Assembly (NCBI RefSeq): GCF_002113885.1
Contig: NW_018407257.1
Span: forward strand, 79,945 to 143,944
DNA: 64,000 nucleotides
Direction: 5' to 3'
Source of the DNA: Mizuhopecten yessoensis
Lineage: Eukaryota
In this document: positions 1-12,803 of the stretch, piece by piece
How the letters are laid out: each line of letters starts with the position of its first letter
Position numbering within the stretch: position 1 is the stretch's first letter
Notes under the pieces: generated by a model
Databases searched by the model: none
What the model was told of the DNA's origin: nothing
The model's input: the letters and a program-made list of their open reading frames with translations, nothing else
Program-made: the position numbers and the translations under genes

Positions 1-98
1 AATCGTAAGTCATTTAAAAGACTAGTGTCATACTTTGACCTATGTGACCTTGAAAGTGTGTCAAGGTAATTTTTAACACTTGACAGCAATTCCTCCCA

Positions 99-296
99 GC
101 ATGCTACAGGTTATACAGGACAATATGCTAGGGGATTTACAGGTTATACAGGACAATATGCTAGGGGATTTACAGAACAATATGCTAGGGGATTTACAGA
201 TTATACAGGACAATATGCTAGGGGATTTACAGGTTATACAGGACAACATGCTAGGGGATTTACAGGTCATAAAGGACAATATGCTAGGGGATTTAT
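99..296. repeat. 33-bp tandem repeat
   Basis: ATGCTAGGGGATTTACAGGTTATACAGGACAAT. Confidence 0.93.
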
Positions 297-469
297 TAAT
301 AGAACTATTTTGCCTACTTAAATAAACGTTTGATGACCCACTGGGGTCCCAGATACGAGATGAACAGTTGAGCAGTAACTTGGTTTATTCTGAACGCTGG
401 CATATATCTGCCTCTCTATTCAGATCATAGCCCATGTTTATTTCATAAATAACAACGATTTTGATGTGA

Positions 470-752
470 CTTCACTCCAATGTTGTTGTGAATCTCCTTT
501 CATCGTTTTCCCAAAATTTATCAATGCGGTTTTCGAAAGTTATAAGATTTGGTGCCTGAATCATGTTCTCTTGAAGGGAATTCCTGTTGCTCACAATTCG
601 TTGAGTAAATGAGTATTTCCTAATGTCCAGTCTGCTCCTTGATTTATCCAGACTGAGTGAATGTCCTCCAGTCTTTGTTTTATTGACAAAAGTCCCTGTG
701 ATGCTGTTGTATCATAAACTCACCTCAATATTTTGAACACTTGTATCATGTC
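470..752 (-). mobile_element. CR1-type LINE ORF2 3' fragment
   Basis: DMIQVFKILR ... GGHSLSLDKSRSRLDIRKYSFTQRIVSNRNSLQENMIQAPNLITFENRIDKFW. Confidence 0.8.
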
Positions 753-1043
753 CTTATAAAGGCCTTTTGGGCCTCTTGATTACAACCTCTTGCTTGATAT
801 TAAACTTGGTACACAAAAGCAGAAACTTGGCAAATTAGATTATAGCTCACTAATATCTATCTTATTAAGTACAACACAACCCATATATCGCAATCATAAT
901 AACTTTATTCTTGAAGATGTCAGGAACATCTTGGATGGTAATGCGAATAATAAAACACTTCACAAGAGTTTCTTTCAGATTCAATGTAATACAAACAAGA
1001 ACATTCACAAATTTCCTAAAATTAAATACTATCCATTGTGTTT

Positions 1044-1210
1044 TCAACTTCCAATCACAAGGAGGTTATCCTCTGGGAAACTGTGCTCAGGTACTTCCAG
1101 ATTGAGTGGTGCTGGTCCTCGTCGAATCCGACCCGAAACATCGTAATGGGACCCGTGGCACGGACAGTAATATCCTCCATAATTCCCGGAATTGGCTACT
1201 GGGATACACC
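1044..1210 (-). CDS. UQCRFS1: Rieske subunit, exon 4 (terminal)
   Basis: [41 protein letters not shown], containing Rieske box 2 (CPCHGS); TGA at 1046-1044. Spliced total 270 aa. Confidence 0.97.
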
Positions 1211-1252
1211 CTGAAACGGAAACGGAATCCTTTTTGTATACAATGTTATACA

Positions 1253-1564
1253 TTAGGCCAAAAAAAATATATAGTCTGTTTAGGGTTGCATGGGCCAAAA
1301 AAACTAGGGTAGGTAGGTCGGTTATTTTTTTTATTTTATTTTTTAATATTTTTGGTCATGTGATTATGACCCTACTATTGTATGTAAACAAAGAATTACA
1401 TGAACAAGGTTCATTTGGAGGCCATTTTGAAAGGCAAGGAACCTTCTAAAATTTGAAAATCAGCGGGCTTTTTAAAAAGAATTTTTATTTTTATTTTTTT
1501 TCATCAAAAAAAGCTAGGGTCGGTCAGGAACCCTAAACAGACGCCTTTTTTTATTTTGCCTTAA
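1253..1564. mobile_element. TIR MITE, Kolobok-like
   Basis: TTAGGCCAAAAAAAA..GTCTGTTTAGGGTT versus AACCCTAAACAGAC..TTTTGCCTTAA, with internal TAGGGTAGGTAGG. Related copies at about 15045-15277, 25110-25320 and 32437-32595. Confidence 0.6.
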
Positions 1565-1683
1565 ATCAATTGGTGAAAGCTGACCTTGAATAAGAGATTT
1601 TATGAACCTTGTAGCAGTTTCCAAATATCTTGAATGATTACTGCAAACTTTAACTGTCAAGGTATAAGGGCCTTGACTATTAA

Positions 1684-1766
1684 CCCTTCCACCCCTATGT
1701 AACTTCAGTAAACTCTTCCATGCATTGATCTGGATGAGCCCATTATGGTCTACGGTGGTGAAAGGG
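1684..1766. mobile_element. 83-bp piggyBac-type MITE, copy 1
   Basis: TTAA|CCCTTCCACC...GGTGAAAGGG|TTAA; a similar copy is at 35605-35687. Confidence 0.8.
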
Positions 1767-2093
1767 TTAATATGTATCTATATCTAAATATATAGATTAA
1801 TGATACATGTAGAAAGTGATTTCTACTAGCTGCTAGCTTTGAGTGCCAAAATGGCAGCAGTGGCTGTATGCTCCCCAGGGAGTTGAGAAAGATATTGGCT
1901 GGTTGCAAAGGCCCTATAACCACGGATAATAATTTGTGAATTGCTTTGAGACGACCTACGAACAAGGTTGTGATAAAGCGGTATATAAAAACCTCAAATT
2001 ATTATTACCATTTCTGTATGATGATGTGTAGTTATACAATAATGATTTGTTATATCAGGTGCAAAACATGGCACAGCAAAATGTTAAACTTTA

Positions 2094-2200
2094 CATAATG
2101 AACTTTTTTTCTGCACAATCCAGACATAATGAACTTTTTTTCTGCACAATCCAGACATAATGAACTTTTTTTCTGCACAATCCAGACATAATGAACTTTT
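2094..2200. repeat. ~32-bp tandem repeat, 3 copies
   Basis: CATAATGAACTTTTTTTCTGCACAATCCAGA. Confidence 0.9.
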
Positions 2201-2487
2201 TCAAATACACTACACACTGACACAATTGTCTTGATGTTGTTGTTTTTTGAAATTATTATTTCAAAATGTTTTAACTCCACATCCTATTATTTGCTTTGTA
2301 TGAAAATTGAGGAAATGACCAAAAAGGTAAATAATTTGTCAATGTATGTATAGGGCACAAAAAAGGGTTGGAACACTACCTTGATTCATTACGATTCCTT
2401 AAATTGTCAATAAGGATTTTTCTTAGGTCAATACTAATAAGACAATTTCAATTCTAATTTGAATTTGGAAAAAAAAAAGAAATTTAC

Positions 2488-2790
2488 CTAAATGTGTGCA
2501 AATCCCGATGACAACAAGCCAATCCTCCTTCTGGGTTCTGTCGGCATCATGTTGTGGGTCACGAAGTTCTGCCAAGTTGACGCTCCTCTCTGTCTCAGCT
2601 TCTTCCGCTGTTCTGTGTCGGACGAAGATGGGCTTGGAGCGCCACTTCACAATGGTGCTCTTACCCTCAGGAATATCCAGGAGATTGACCTCAACGGTTG
2701 CCATGGCAATAGTATCTTTAGGTGGGGCGACATATCCAATCAAGGACCGCACCAAGTGCTTGGCTACATACACGCCTCCGACCACTCCGA
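2488..2790 (-). CDS. UQCRFS1: Rieske subunit, exon 3
   Basis: VGVVGGVYVAKH...DIPEGKSTIVKWRSKPIFVRHRT...LRDPQHDADR...WLVVIGICTHLG, containing Rieske box 1 (CTHLG); 303 nt, phase 1-1. Confidence 0.97.
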
Positions 2791-4360
2791 CTGTAAATAA
2801 CAAACAGACCAACGGTAAATAGGACGAGACCTATAACTTAACAACACCCTGTATTACAGGATGTCATCCAAAAGGTTTTCTCAGCCTCAACATTTCAGTC
2901 TTCTTTTACTTTGTTATCACAATATCACACACTTTTAAACATATTAACGGATACAAAAGTTCCATTTTTTTTTTTTTTAAACTTTATTGACATTCAAATG
3001 AAGCGCAAAATAGGATTTTTTTTCGTCACTTGTGAATAAACTTGGATAACACACACACAAATTTGCATGCTTAGAAAGACCAAATTAGCAAAAATAAGCT
3101 GCATCATTTGCGAGGACTTTGAAAGGAAAACCATCCCAAGTCTCCAATTTTTATTAAAGCAGGATGTCTTTGTTGTTATTTTTTATTCTCATTTTAACCT
3201 TACCCCATATATGAGAAACCCCTTTGAATCATATGTGAATCACACAGGAATCATAACACACATTTACACATGTACAGATTCTTCAAGGCAAAAAACTTAA
3301 ATAACAACACCTGGTAAGGAAAATAGGGCGAATATTTGTCCAACCACATTTAAAACTTGCCAATAAATGAAAAAGCAGCTATCTTTGGTTGTGAACTAGT
3401 CTGACAAACAACATACACACTTGGAGAGAGCCATGATACATTTGGGTCACAGTCTGTGTGAAGTCAAAAAGTCTCGGTCAATCAAAGGCCAAGACATGAC
3501 AGATATCTTGGTTTTTAAGTCATCATGAAAAACAACAACTCCAAAGCCATAAAATGATTATTTTACCAATTTTGGTTAAAATTCACATATGAGAAATAAA
3601 GGAAAGCTGGCAATGTTGTAGCCCCCATTTCCCTGAACAGGGTATTGGGCCAACCCCCAACCCATTCACCAGAGCTACACCGTTCATTATTGATGTAGCC
3701 CCTAGACGAGTCAAAATCTCCATTTACACCACACTAAATTCCCTTCAAGAAAGATCTGTGCTAAATTTTGTCAAAATTTCTGCAGCTATTTTTGGATAGT
3801 ACCGGAAGTCTTTGAAATGAAATGTTGACAGATAGGTGATAGACATGCATAAATACATATAAGCTCACTTGCCCATTTAAATTGTTTTGGTTAGTTAAAT
3901 AGCTGGCCTACGGTATTCTACCTATTTTTGGACAAAACTCTGGTATCTGACACCCAAAATCAGCTTGAGTTTGGTCAACAGGACAAGGTAGACAATTCAT
4001 CCAAATGTACCGGTATACAGTAGCAAATTTTGTCTTCTGAGAAAAAAAACAATAATTTAGTGTAAAACATATTTTAATTATACCAACAACATAAGTATAA
4101 TGATGAGTTGATAGCACATGGACCATCGAGTGTGGACAATTTATGCCAATGCCCCTCACCTTTGCAACTTTCCTTTTCACGTTCAGAACAGTTGGACCAG
4201 GTTTTTTTGTTTATGAAATAGAGACGAACCTAATTAATGATTTGATGTTTTTTCTAGCGAGACTTGGCAACAAGTTTCCAGGCATGAAATAAACAGACCA
4301 ACTGGTTTTGGTTCACATTTAATAACAGTCTGATAAGGGAAATAAACCTCTTTATTTTAC

Positions 4361-4507
4361 CTGCAGTTGTCACATAGGTGAACATCTTTCTTGAATCCCT
4401 ATTTTGCTTTGCTGTAACCATGGCATCGCCTGTACTATTCTTTCTGAAACCGTCAAAGTGGGGTGGAGGCGTGTCTGAGTGGAGCATCCTACATGGCACT
4501 GTAGGTC
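4361..4507 (-). CDS. UQCRFS1: Rieske subunit, exon 2
   Basis: TTTACAG acceptor; ...MLHSDTPPPHFDGFRKNS...SRKMFTYVTTA resembles the mature Rieske N-terminus; 147 nt, phase 1-1. Confidence 0.92.
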
Positions 4508-5233
4508 CTGTAAAGACAAGATTTTGGTAGGGCTGTAGGGCTGTCAGTAAACATTTTAACTTTGAAAATTTAACATCATTACAGCTATATCTCTAACCAA
4601 ACAAATGGCTACTGTATTTTTCTTGGTGGGAATTTGAATGGTTGAAGATTCATGAAAAAAACACATAGATCTGTATTGACAGTCTTTTAGAATATAATAG
4701 CACATTCTTCTGAAATTAAGCACAATTTTCAGAAAAATAACTTCTTTTTATGTTACAATAATAATATATACAACATTTGATATAGTGCCCAATCTAGCTA
4801 ACATAAGCCACTCTAAAGCACTTTGCAGTACATAGATAAACAATTAATACAATTAGCATATATATATATATATCATATACATTAATCAATACAATTTTGA
4901 GGAATTCACAGGAGCTGCCTTATCAAGCACAAACTACTAGTCCTATGCCACCTGGCTAATATCTCCCTATGTGTGTATGCCTGCGTGTGTGCTGGAAATG
5001 CAATGTGTTATATATCCTTCATTTTACTCCAACACAATCAGACATCAGAATCTATCAATTTTTGTTTGTGCTCAAATGTACCTCACTGTATTTTGTTTTA
5101 TTACCCATTTCAGTAATAACTTTTTAACTATTAACAATAACTGTGAGTCTCAACTTGACAAGATTAGTTTATTAAGATACATGATCTGTACAATCCTCTT
5201 CTCCTGACTCAGAAAAATACAAACAGTCCATAA

Positions 5234-6090
5234 TAACAAGAGGCCCAAGGGCCTTAGCGGTCACCTGAGTTATATCATAGGTACTGGTAGCTTTATTTTA
5301 TTGTTTAGATGTGATGTGGAAATCAGCATGTAAACTAAGTGAAATACAATACTTGTCATGTCATCAAAGGATAAGAATTTGAAAATATTGGTAAATGTTC
5401 CCTTTGGGGCCCCGCCCTNNNNNNNNNNNNNNNNNNNNNNNNNNNNNNNNNNNNNNNNNNNNNNNNNNNNNNNNNNNNNNNNNNNNNNNNNNNNNNNNNN
5501 NNNNNNNNNNNNNNNNNNNNNNNNNNNNNNNNNNNNNNNNNNNNNNNNNNNNNNNNNNNNNNNNNNNNNNNNNNNNNNNNNNNNNNNNNNNNNNNNNNNN
5601 NNNNNNNNNNNNNNNNNNNNNNNNNNNNNNNNNNNACCAAGTAAAAATAATTTCCAACAGAAAATTGTCAAAATATACCCAAAAGTGTTGTTTCCCTATA
5701 TAAACTATAGTAAACTTTACCCCCTCCCCAAGGGAGAACGGATAGGTCGGGGGTCCTGAAATTTACAATTTAAAGAAAGCCCCTGATGATCTTTCCATCC
5801 ATGCAGAGAAAATGACTGTCATACCTCTGAGTCTGAAGAAGAAGATTTTTGAAATATTGGTTAATTTTCCCTTTTGGGCCCCGCCCTGGCCCCTAGCGTG
5901 GGGGTAGGAATCCCAATTTTACAATTTGGTATCCTCATCTACCAAGGATAATTCTGACCAAGTTTGAAAAAATTCCATCCACTGGTTCTTGAGAAGAAGT
6001 TGATTATGTAAAAGTTTACGGACGACGGACGACGACGGACGGGAGGTGATTGGAATAGGTCACTTGAGCAAAGCTCAGGTGACCTAAAAA
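5234..6090 (+). mobile_element. Non-autonomous Helentron-type (HINE) element; contains N gap 5419-5635
   Basis: AACAAGAGGCCC..GGTCACCTGAG start, internal tandem repeat, GGACGAC microsatellite, subterminal GGTCACTTGAG-CAAAG-CTCAGGTGACC palindrome, A-rich end. Confidence 0.75.
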
Positions 6091-6460
6091 TATAGAAAAT
6101 GTACAATATTTAGAAAGACTTTCGTAATTTCGTACAAATGTACAAAGTTTACAGATGAGACGCAAATGAGAAAGTTGTGAAAGGCTTTTTGGTTGTCAAT
6201 TATCAAGTGCTTCGGTCGAATTATCTAAACCTTAAAGTAACTGTAGGCAAGGTGACCTTCTAGATTATATAAAACCATAATATTTTGCTGAAAAGTATCT
6301 GTTTGCCCGTTTGTGCTTAATGACGCGTTTGGTTATAACGCATTCCAAGGTTTTACAAACAATTGATGTCAAGCTGATGGATTCATAATTTCTTTTGTAT
6401 GTATGACACACACTTTGGCTATTTTCCAGTCAAGAGTCTTGTGGTAGGTCTGCAGTGGAC

Positions 6461-6590
6461 CACAGGGTCACGTTACAATCATGCATATATATATGCTATA
6501 CTGATATGGGTCACAACACACATAAACATGTTCATGTGTGTTGTGACCCATATCAGTATAGCATATGTGTGATTGTAACATGACCCTGTG
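6461..6590. mobile_element. Foldback MITE, CACAGG...CCTGTG ends, 7-bp TSD AGTGGAC
   Basis: Near-perfect 130-bp hairpin; AGTGGAC at 6454-6460 and 6591-6597. Confidence 0.85.
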
Positions 6591-8985
6591 AGTGGACAGT
6601 GACTGATTAAGATTATTGTCTGATCGGAAAAACAATGACTGTATTATTCAGGTATGCCTAGGACATTCAATTGACCCTTAAGAGTATGTTTTTGACTCCT
6701 AAAATAAGTTTTTTGACTCTTGGATTTGATAGAATATGTCTATTAAACCAGGGAAAATCCTGGAATTTGAGAGCAGTGGGTCATTTCAGCAATTTTTAGT
6801 CAATATCAAATTTAAGAGGGGCCATTCAATGTAAAATTAAAAGAAAATTGGAACATGGATTCAGTTTTGAAGGGTCAATGGCCCCCTCCCCGTTAAACAG
6901 TGTTTCGAGCCTCAAAAATTAAGGGAAAATGTTATTTGACTTCTGAAATTGCAAAATGTCAAGAGTGAACTAAAATCCCTGAATGCTGGGTGTAGGTCAT
7001 CATACTGTCTTGAGGACTTCTCCGATAACCGGTTTGACGGGTAATGCTCTTTTTATACCCAGCGAGACCCATACTCTTTACCAAGCAGGGGCAAAATAAA
7101 ATGTCGGCACTTCCTTAGAAACGATAAAGATGGGAAAGATCTCCAAACCAGAAAAAAATATTTTGAAAAAAAAAAAAAAATCTCAATTGAAAGCTTTTTA
7201 CCTTGCACTGTCAGCTTTAACTTTGAAAGAAACATGGAGGAGTTCCATTTCCTCATGATCAGTTGCCTTTATTTCAAATGTAAATCTCTTGCTTCCCTCA
7301 GTTACAAACACCTAATGAATTGTTTTTAAAGGACATCTGCGTTTTCTTTATCTCGTGTAACTTTAGTAGAATTCTTGTTTCCTAGTTCTGTAGGTCCAGG
7401 TCACCCATAATGGTGTTTATGTTGATGTATCTCCATAACCTTTTGGTTTGATTTGGCTTCCATTGCCAGAATGTATTCAAAATTTTCCAGAAATTGGGGT
7501 GAGCTGTCTTACTTTGTTTGTATCCTGTTATACTCCTTCCTCAGAACACTTTGGGGTCTATATTAGTGAATGCCTTCCGAGAAAGTTAGTGGGGTTTTTC
7601 TAATCAATTCAAGTTAAGACTTGACCGCTGGGAAGGTGCATCTGATGTTGTTCCCACGCCTGACATTGCTGTGGGGACATTCTTCTCTTCCATCCTTTAC
7701 AATCTTTTTGAAGATTTCCCAATTGAATCGTTTCATAGTTCAATCCAGTTAACTAATTTCACTGTTTATTTCTGATAATAAATATGGCTTTTTTATAACA
7801 TTTCTTATGTTTTTTCCTGATAATTTTTGTGGCTTTACATTCAACACTGAACAATAGAACACCGTGATCACTTTTCCCAAGTGGACTTTAGCTTGAACAG
7901 CTGGGATAACGTAGCTTCTGACGACGAGACAATTTTCATATATTGTTAAATTATTATATTGCGTGGCCAGCCGAAGCAGAGGGGGCCAGGTAATAATATT
8001 AGTACTATTGCTTCTTACATAATCATTACAAGGTCAAACATTTGAAAAGTATTGTAACCTCTCTTTCTGGTTGGTTGATTTACTTGTTGGAAAAGATGTT
8101 GTCTTGAAGTATCTGTATTAATTTCTATTTTTGAGATACAGTGCCATGCCTGGTGTATTCCATCATAAATGTGTCCTGGGTTGATATTCTGGAATGCTTG
8201 TCACTTCGGTAACAGGTCGTTTCGGGACATAACACAAGATGTTTCGGGACCTGGGCAAGTCATTTCGGGACACATAAAATGTTCACTTATAATTTACATT
8301 TCGCTCCCGTTTCATATAAAGTCATGTAAAGACCTGAGTCATCTATGTCTTGTCCACTAATACGGAATAGGATTACTTATTTCGGGGTACAAATGTACTA
8401 GGAATATTTTTGTGACTGTCATGGGGTACAGAATATTAGTCAGGTACCCGAAAATTGAAATTCACAAACCGGGGTCCTGAAAATATTTGATGACAAAAAT
8501 ATGCATCTAATCTATAGTTAGCTGTTAATAAATAGCAAAATTTTCTTCTCTTTAGGTCAACTAGACATTTAATCATTGTGAAATGATAAATTAAATCGTA
8601 TATGTTTGGGAGGTTTTCTTCTTAATAAAAAGTTTTAGAATTATGTAGCGGAAATTGTTTATTTTTAATTGAAAGATACCTAGACGTTCCCTTTAATTGA
8701 ACTGATACATGTTTATATCATCTGCACCTGGTGTAAATCACCGGTTATACAAGTTAATTCTCTTGTATTGTCTTGAGTATAAAAGCCTCCGTAATTAGAT
8801 TGGTGCATTACAATGCTTAAGCAATTGTGCAATAAACTTGATTTTTTTTACATATAATTAGGTAATGAAGAACAGAAGGTACAGAAGGAAAAAAATGAAA
8901 AATCCTGAAACAATTTTTGACATGTCCCGAAACGACGTTCTTCTTGTTACCGAAACAACCCGACACCATATTCTGTTACTCAAAT

Positions 8986-9103
8986 CACAAGCGCTTGTAT
9001 CTTGTATTTAATACCTGAGCTAAAATCCAAAATCCACTACTTACACAAGTTGATATTGTGTAAGTAGTGGATTTTAGCTCAGGTATAAATACAAGCGCCT
9101 GTG
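8986..9103. mobile_element. Foldback MITE, CACA...TGTG ends, 7-bp TSD CTCAAAT
   Basis: Hairpin; CTCAAAT at 8979-8985 and 9104-9110. Confidence 0.85.
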
Positions 9104-9428
9104 CTCAAATGAAGGATTTATATGAGGGGTTGTGTACTGTTGAAAAGGCACTCTTACGGCATAGCTTTAAGGGCTGAATATCGTTATCAAAAACTATGTG
9201 ATAAGAATTGCAAGAGATAGATCTACCCCATGGCACAGTACCGATGTTTGCGTAATGAGATCGTCACTAGTACTGTCAAATACACATTATACTCGACTTG
9301 ATAACTGATGCTGAATTTTGAAGAAATTTTGTTTATTAAAAATTCAAACATAACTAACAGTGGTTCTTATATATTGCCTGCAAATAGCTGCTGTAACATA
9401 ACTGAACCCCGCCGGCATCTTTACTTAC

Positions 9429-9624
9429 CACATAGGCTTTTCGTTGCCCATTGAAGATTTCTCGCCATCGACAATGTTTTTACTGAGCTTGCAACGGACT
9501 CTGTTTTCTTCACAATTGCAGGCGATTCATGATGAACAACGGCTGTAACGGAAGTAGGTTTCAAAGATAAACTTGAAATCTGCTTCACGGCCGAAGCAAA
9601 CTGATTCTTAGGAATCGCCAGCAT
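9429..9624 (-). CDS. UQCRFS1: Cytochrome b-c1 complex Rieske subunit, exon 1 (mitochondrial presequence)
   Basis: ATG at 9624; MLAIPKNQFASAVKQISSLSLKP... is basic and Ser-rich. GTAAGT donor, phase 1, joins exon 2 in frame. Confidence 0.85.
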
Positions 9625-9827
9625 TTTGCTCGTAATGTCCTTCTCTTGTGGAAGGTGAAAGACGGTTTGTGGGTGTCGTGTAAATGTAAATATCAGTAGA
9701 TGTGTATTCCTTTTTCATATTGTATGAAAACTATTTCAAAATAAATCCTTTTAAATTTTAATTACATATGCAAATTAAATATGTTATATTGGAAGTAATA
9801 TACAGTATTTGCGACAATGTTTTTTTT

Positions 9828-9843
9828 GCGGTGCATCATGGGA
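9828..9843 (-). promoter_or_regulatory. ZNF143/Staf-type site in the shared bidirectional promoter (9625-9860)
   Basis: The reverse complement reads TCCCATGATGCACCGC, closely matching the Staf/ZNF143 site TTCCCATTATGCACCGCG as recalled. It lies between two divergent ATGs; a YY1-like AAAATGGC overlaps the ATG at 9861. Confidence 0.6.
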
Positions 9844-9860
9844 GAGTGCTACTATTCAAA

Positions 9861-9896
9861 ATGGCTTCGGATACAGAATCAGGGTCAGAGTACGAG
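9861..9896 (+). CDS. Chromodomain-RS-transmembrane protein, exon 1
   Basis: CAAAATGG start context; MASDTESGSEYE then GTAT donor, phase 0; supplies the first aromatic-cage Tyr (EYE|V). Confidence 0.85.
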
Positions 9897-11137
9897 GTAT
9901 TATTGCAATTGCTACATACTGTGTATTTATGTGTGCAAACTGTTCTAACTGAATGTATTGCATAAAAAAAGTTGAAGTTTGTTTATTGCAATAGGTGCAT
10001 GCCTTATAACGGCTTTATTCATTAAGAAAATGAACAGAATAATTTGAAAGATAATGAACCGCCATGCAACCGGCGATTGTGGCGTTACTTTACACAGTAG
10101 CTGTCTGAACGAAATTTTCTGTTATTTATTATTCACCAATCGTGTGGCATATTTTGATTATGCATGTCGTATTTTTGTGTCTAAATGGCAATTGTATAAG
10201 TAAGAGAATGTTTTCTGACCATGTAGGATTTTATCTCTGCAAGGGAGATAACTTTCACTATTTTCAGAAAACCGATTTTAGCGTGTTTGTGAAAAATTGG
10301 CCTCGAAGAAATTTCTTGTAGTGTTTTGGGGTTTGTACACAGAATTGCACCTGAACTTGCTAGAATGTACAACAGCCTGCTCTTTCATAAATATGATTTT
10401 TTTTTTTAAATGGTTCAGATATTATATTTTCTTAATTTTGAGGAAAATTCCTGCAAGGGGCAGACGCTGCCTGTGATGCATACGGCTATAACACCAGGCA
10501 ACAACAAAAATTACTGCTTGTACATAATGTACAATTAAAATACATTTTTACAACCCCATATGCACAGTCACTGATAAGTGGTTCTCTGATAAAATGTAGG
10601 TGAATTATGGGCATAATTTATAAGGTACTTTCTGTTGCATTTTGCATGAATTAATGCAAAATAGATATCAGTTTTACACAATGTACTTATTGAACGTGTC
10701 ACAATGTTTCAAGACCGACTGGTCCCTTTGTCAAGCTATGACTCTATCTATTAGGTAAAACTAATTGAAAATAATAAAATAATACCTTTAACTTTCCAAA
10801 ATTATTATTTTCACACAGGAAAAACATTACTGATGTCATTGCTTTATCTTGCGACTGTCAATAAATATTAATAAGGGTCTATGTTGCCATTTAGGCAAGT
10901 TGACATGTATTTGATTTGTGGCAGTGGAACCGATTTCGTACACCAAAAAAATCTGTTCTTTATTTTTACCAATGGTAGCTATATAGCTCTCTGAACATAT
11001 ATATATGTTGTATATTAATTTTAATAATTGGAATACAGTATAAAAACTCAAAGTCCGAATTTGATATGGAAAACCAGGATATTCCTAAAATCTTCAGTTG
11101 ACCTGTATAATTGATGCTGCTTTCTTATTTTTCATAG

Positions 11138-11290
11138 GTTGTGAAGATTTTGCAACAAAGGCGCAGACGAGGCCTGACAGAATTCCTGGTACGATGGAGT
11201 GGCTTTGGACCTCAGGAAGATTCTTGGGAACAAGAAGGCAAATTGAAAAACTGTGGAAAACTTATTCAAGATTTCGTTAAATCAAGCTTG
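11138..11290 (+). CDS. Chromodomain-RS-transmembrane protein, exon 2 (chromodomain)
   Basis: TTTTTCATAG acceptor; VVKILQQRRRRGLTEFLVRWSGFGPQEDSWEQEGKLKNCGKLIQDFVKSSL is a canonical chromodomain; 153 nt, phase 0-0. Confidence 0.92.
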
Positions 11291-11870
11291 GTATGACAAT
11301 TATCATTTCATTTCATATTTCATAATAAACATCATGGTTAGCATTACACCCATTTGAGTTCTTTGAATAGAAATTAAATTTAACTTGAATTGGACCCCGT
11401 TAGTTAAATGTGATTTTGTACCGTTTTTCATGTATAAATGATGGTGACTGATACATGATGTGAGGCTATCGTGTAATTGGTCTATACTGTGTAAGTACTG
11501 TAGTGACCTCTTTAACTCTGAAAACCAACGAGATCTGATCACAATTTTACAGTTTTTCTCAATTTTCTGACCAAATGTGTCCTTTATATTCTTATATTTG
11601 AGGAAACCATATGATAAAAATAATATTACAAAGTGATTGATCATTCAATTTCCCTGAAGCATCTTTCTAAACATGCAATGGAAAAATAGTGTGCGTTAAT
11701 TTATACATGAATTACAGTATTAATAATGCCTGTTCGAAATATTAAAATAATTGATACGATAATTGTTTCCCTTGATATTTTAAGATGCATTTGGCACAGC
11801 TAATTGGAGGAATTATGATACTTGTCATTGTAATTCAATAGATGTACTTTTGAATTGAATTTGATTGTAG

Positions 11871-12092
11871 ACACCTGCTAAGAAAACAACAAAGAGGGCT
11901 TCTAGGTCACGATCTTCATCACGATCGAGGTCAAGGTCACGGTCAAGAGGTAGAGCATCATCGAAAAGCCGAAAATCTCCTTCGAGGAAAAAGGTAGCCA
12001 CTCCAGTGACAGAGAAACCTGTGAGCATCCGTCAGTCAAGGAGGTTAACTGCTGGTGCTGATGTTGTAAAGGAAACAACAACTACAACCACA
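11871..12092 (+). CDS. Chromodomain-RS-transmembrane protein, exon 3 (RS domain)
   Basis: TGTAG acceptor; TPAKKTTKRASRSRSSSRSRSRSRSRGRASSKSRKSPSRKK...TTTTTT with varied Arg/Ser codons (so not a microsatellite); 222 nt; GTATGT donor. Confidence 0.88.
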
Positions 12093-12803
12093 GTATGTCC
12101 AACAGTCACAATTAAAAAAAATCTTTCTTGAATGTACCAAACCAGATTTTTTTGTCATCAAAATTACTATTTATGTAAAAAATAATGTAAAACTTAATTT
12201 TAAAAAATTTAGCAAACATACTCGTACAGAACTCGTCAAGAAGATGCAAAATAACTTGAGTCCTAGACATGTTCTGCTGATGGTCAAATTGTTGATATTT
12301 ATTGAGCCAATCAGAAATCCAATATGGCTGTCACAGCTGTTATTTTGAAACCCAATATAAAGTTTAAACTCATACTGATTTTAACTAAAACATGGTAGGT
12401 GCTTTTATTTTTTGAGTCAATAATATAAGAAATTTAATATCTAGTGTTGCCTAAATTGTCATACAAAAACAGGGTTTATATGACCTAAGACATCAACAGC
12501 ATTTTGATTTGGCTATTCACAGCCTGGCTTGTCAGATTAAGAAGTTTTTAAAATGAAGTAACCAATATCCAAGGCTTTCAGTTGACCCTTGAGATTTAAC
12601 AGTTTAAGAATTCAAATAGAATTTTCGATGAGTTTGTGCTAGTCAAAGCACTTGTCATATAGACCTGTCTTTTAAAACCAAAAAGTCAGTTAATTTAGAG
12701 GAGTAAACTTCATGCGCTCAGGAGTCTGTTGAAAGCCCTGATTAAGTGTAGTAGTCTAACGAGCCTATTGAGATAACAAGGAATGTTTCTTTTAATGTTA
12801 CAG

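Noticed and set aside
5270-5759. ORFs containing X runs (also 58299-58808 and 58460-58693)
   Set aside because: They only read through N gaps.
11138-11290. Chromodomain as a chromovirus integrase remnant
   Set aside because: It is split by a spliceosomal intron, has clean splice sites, a start codon at a shared promoter, and no neighbouring integrase or RT sequence.
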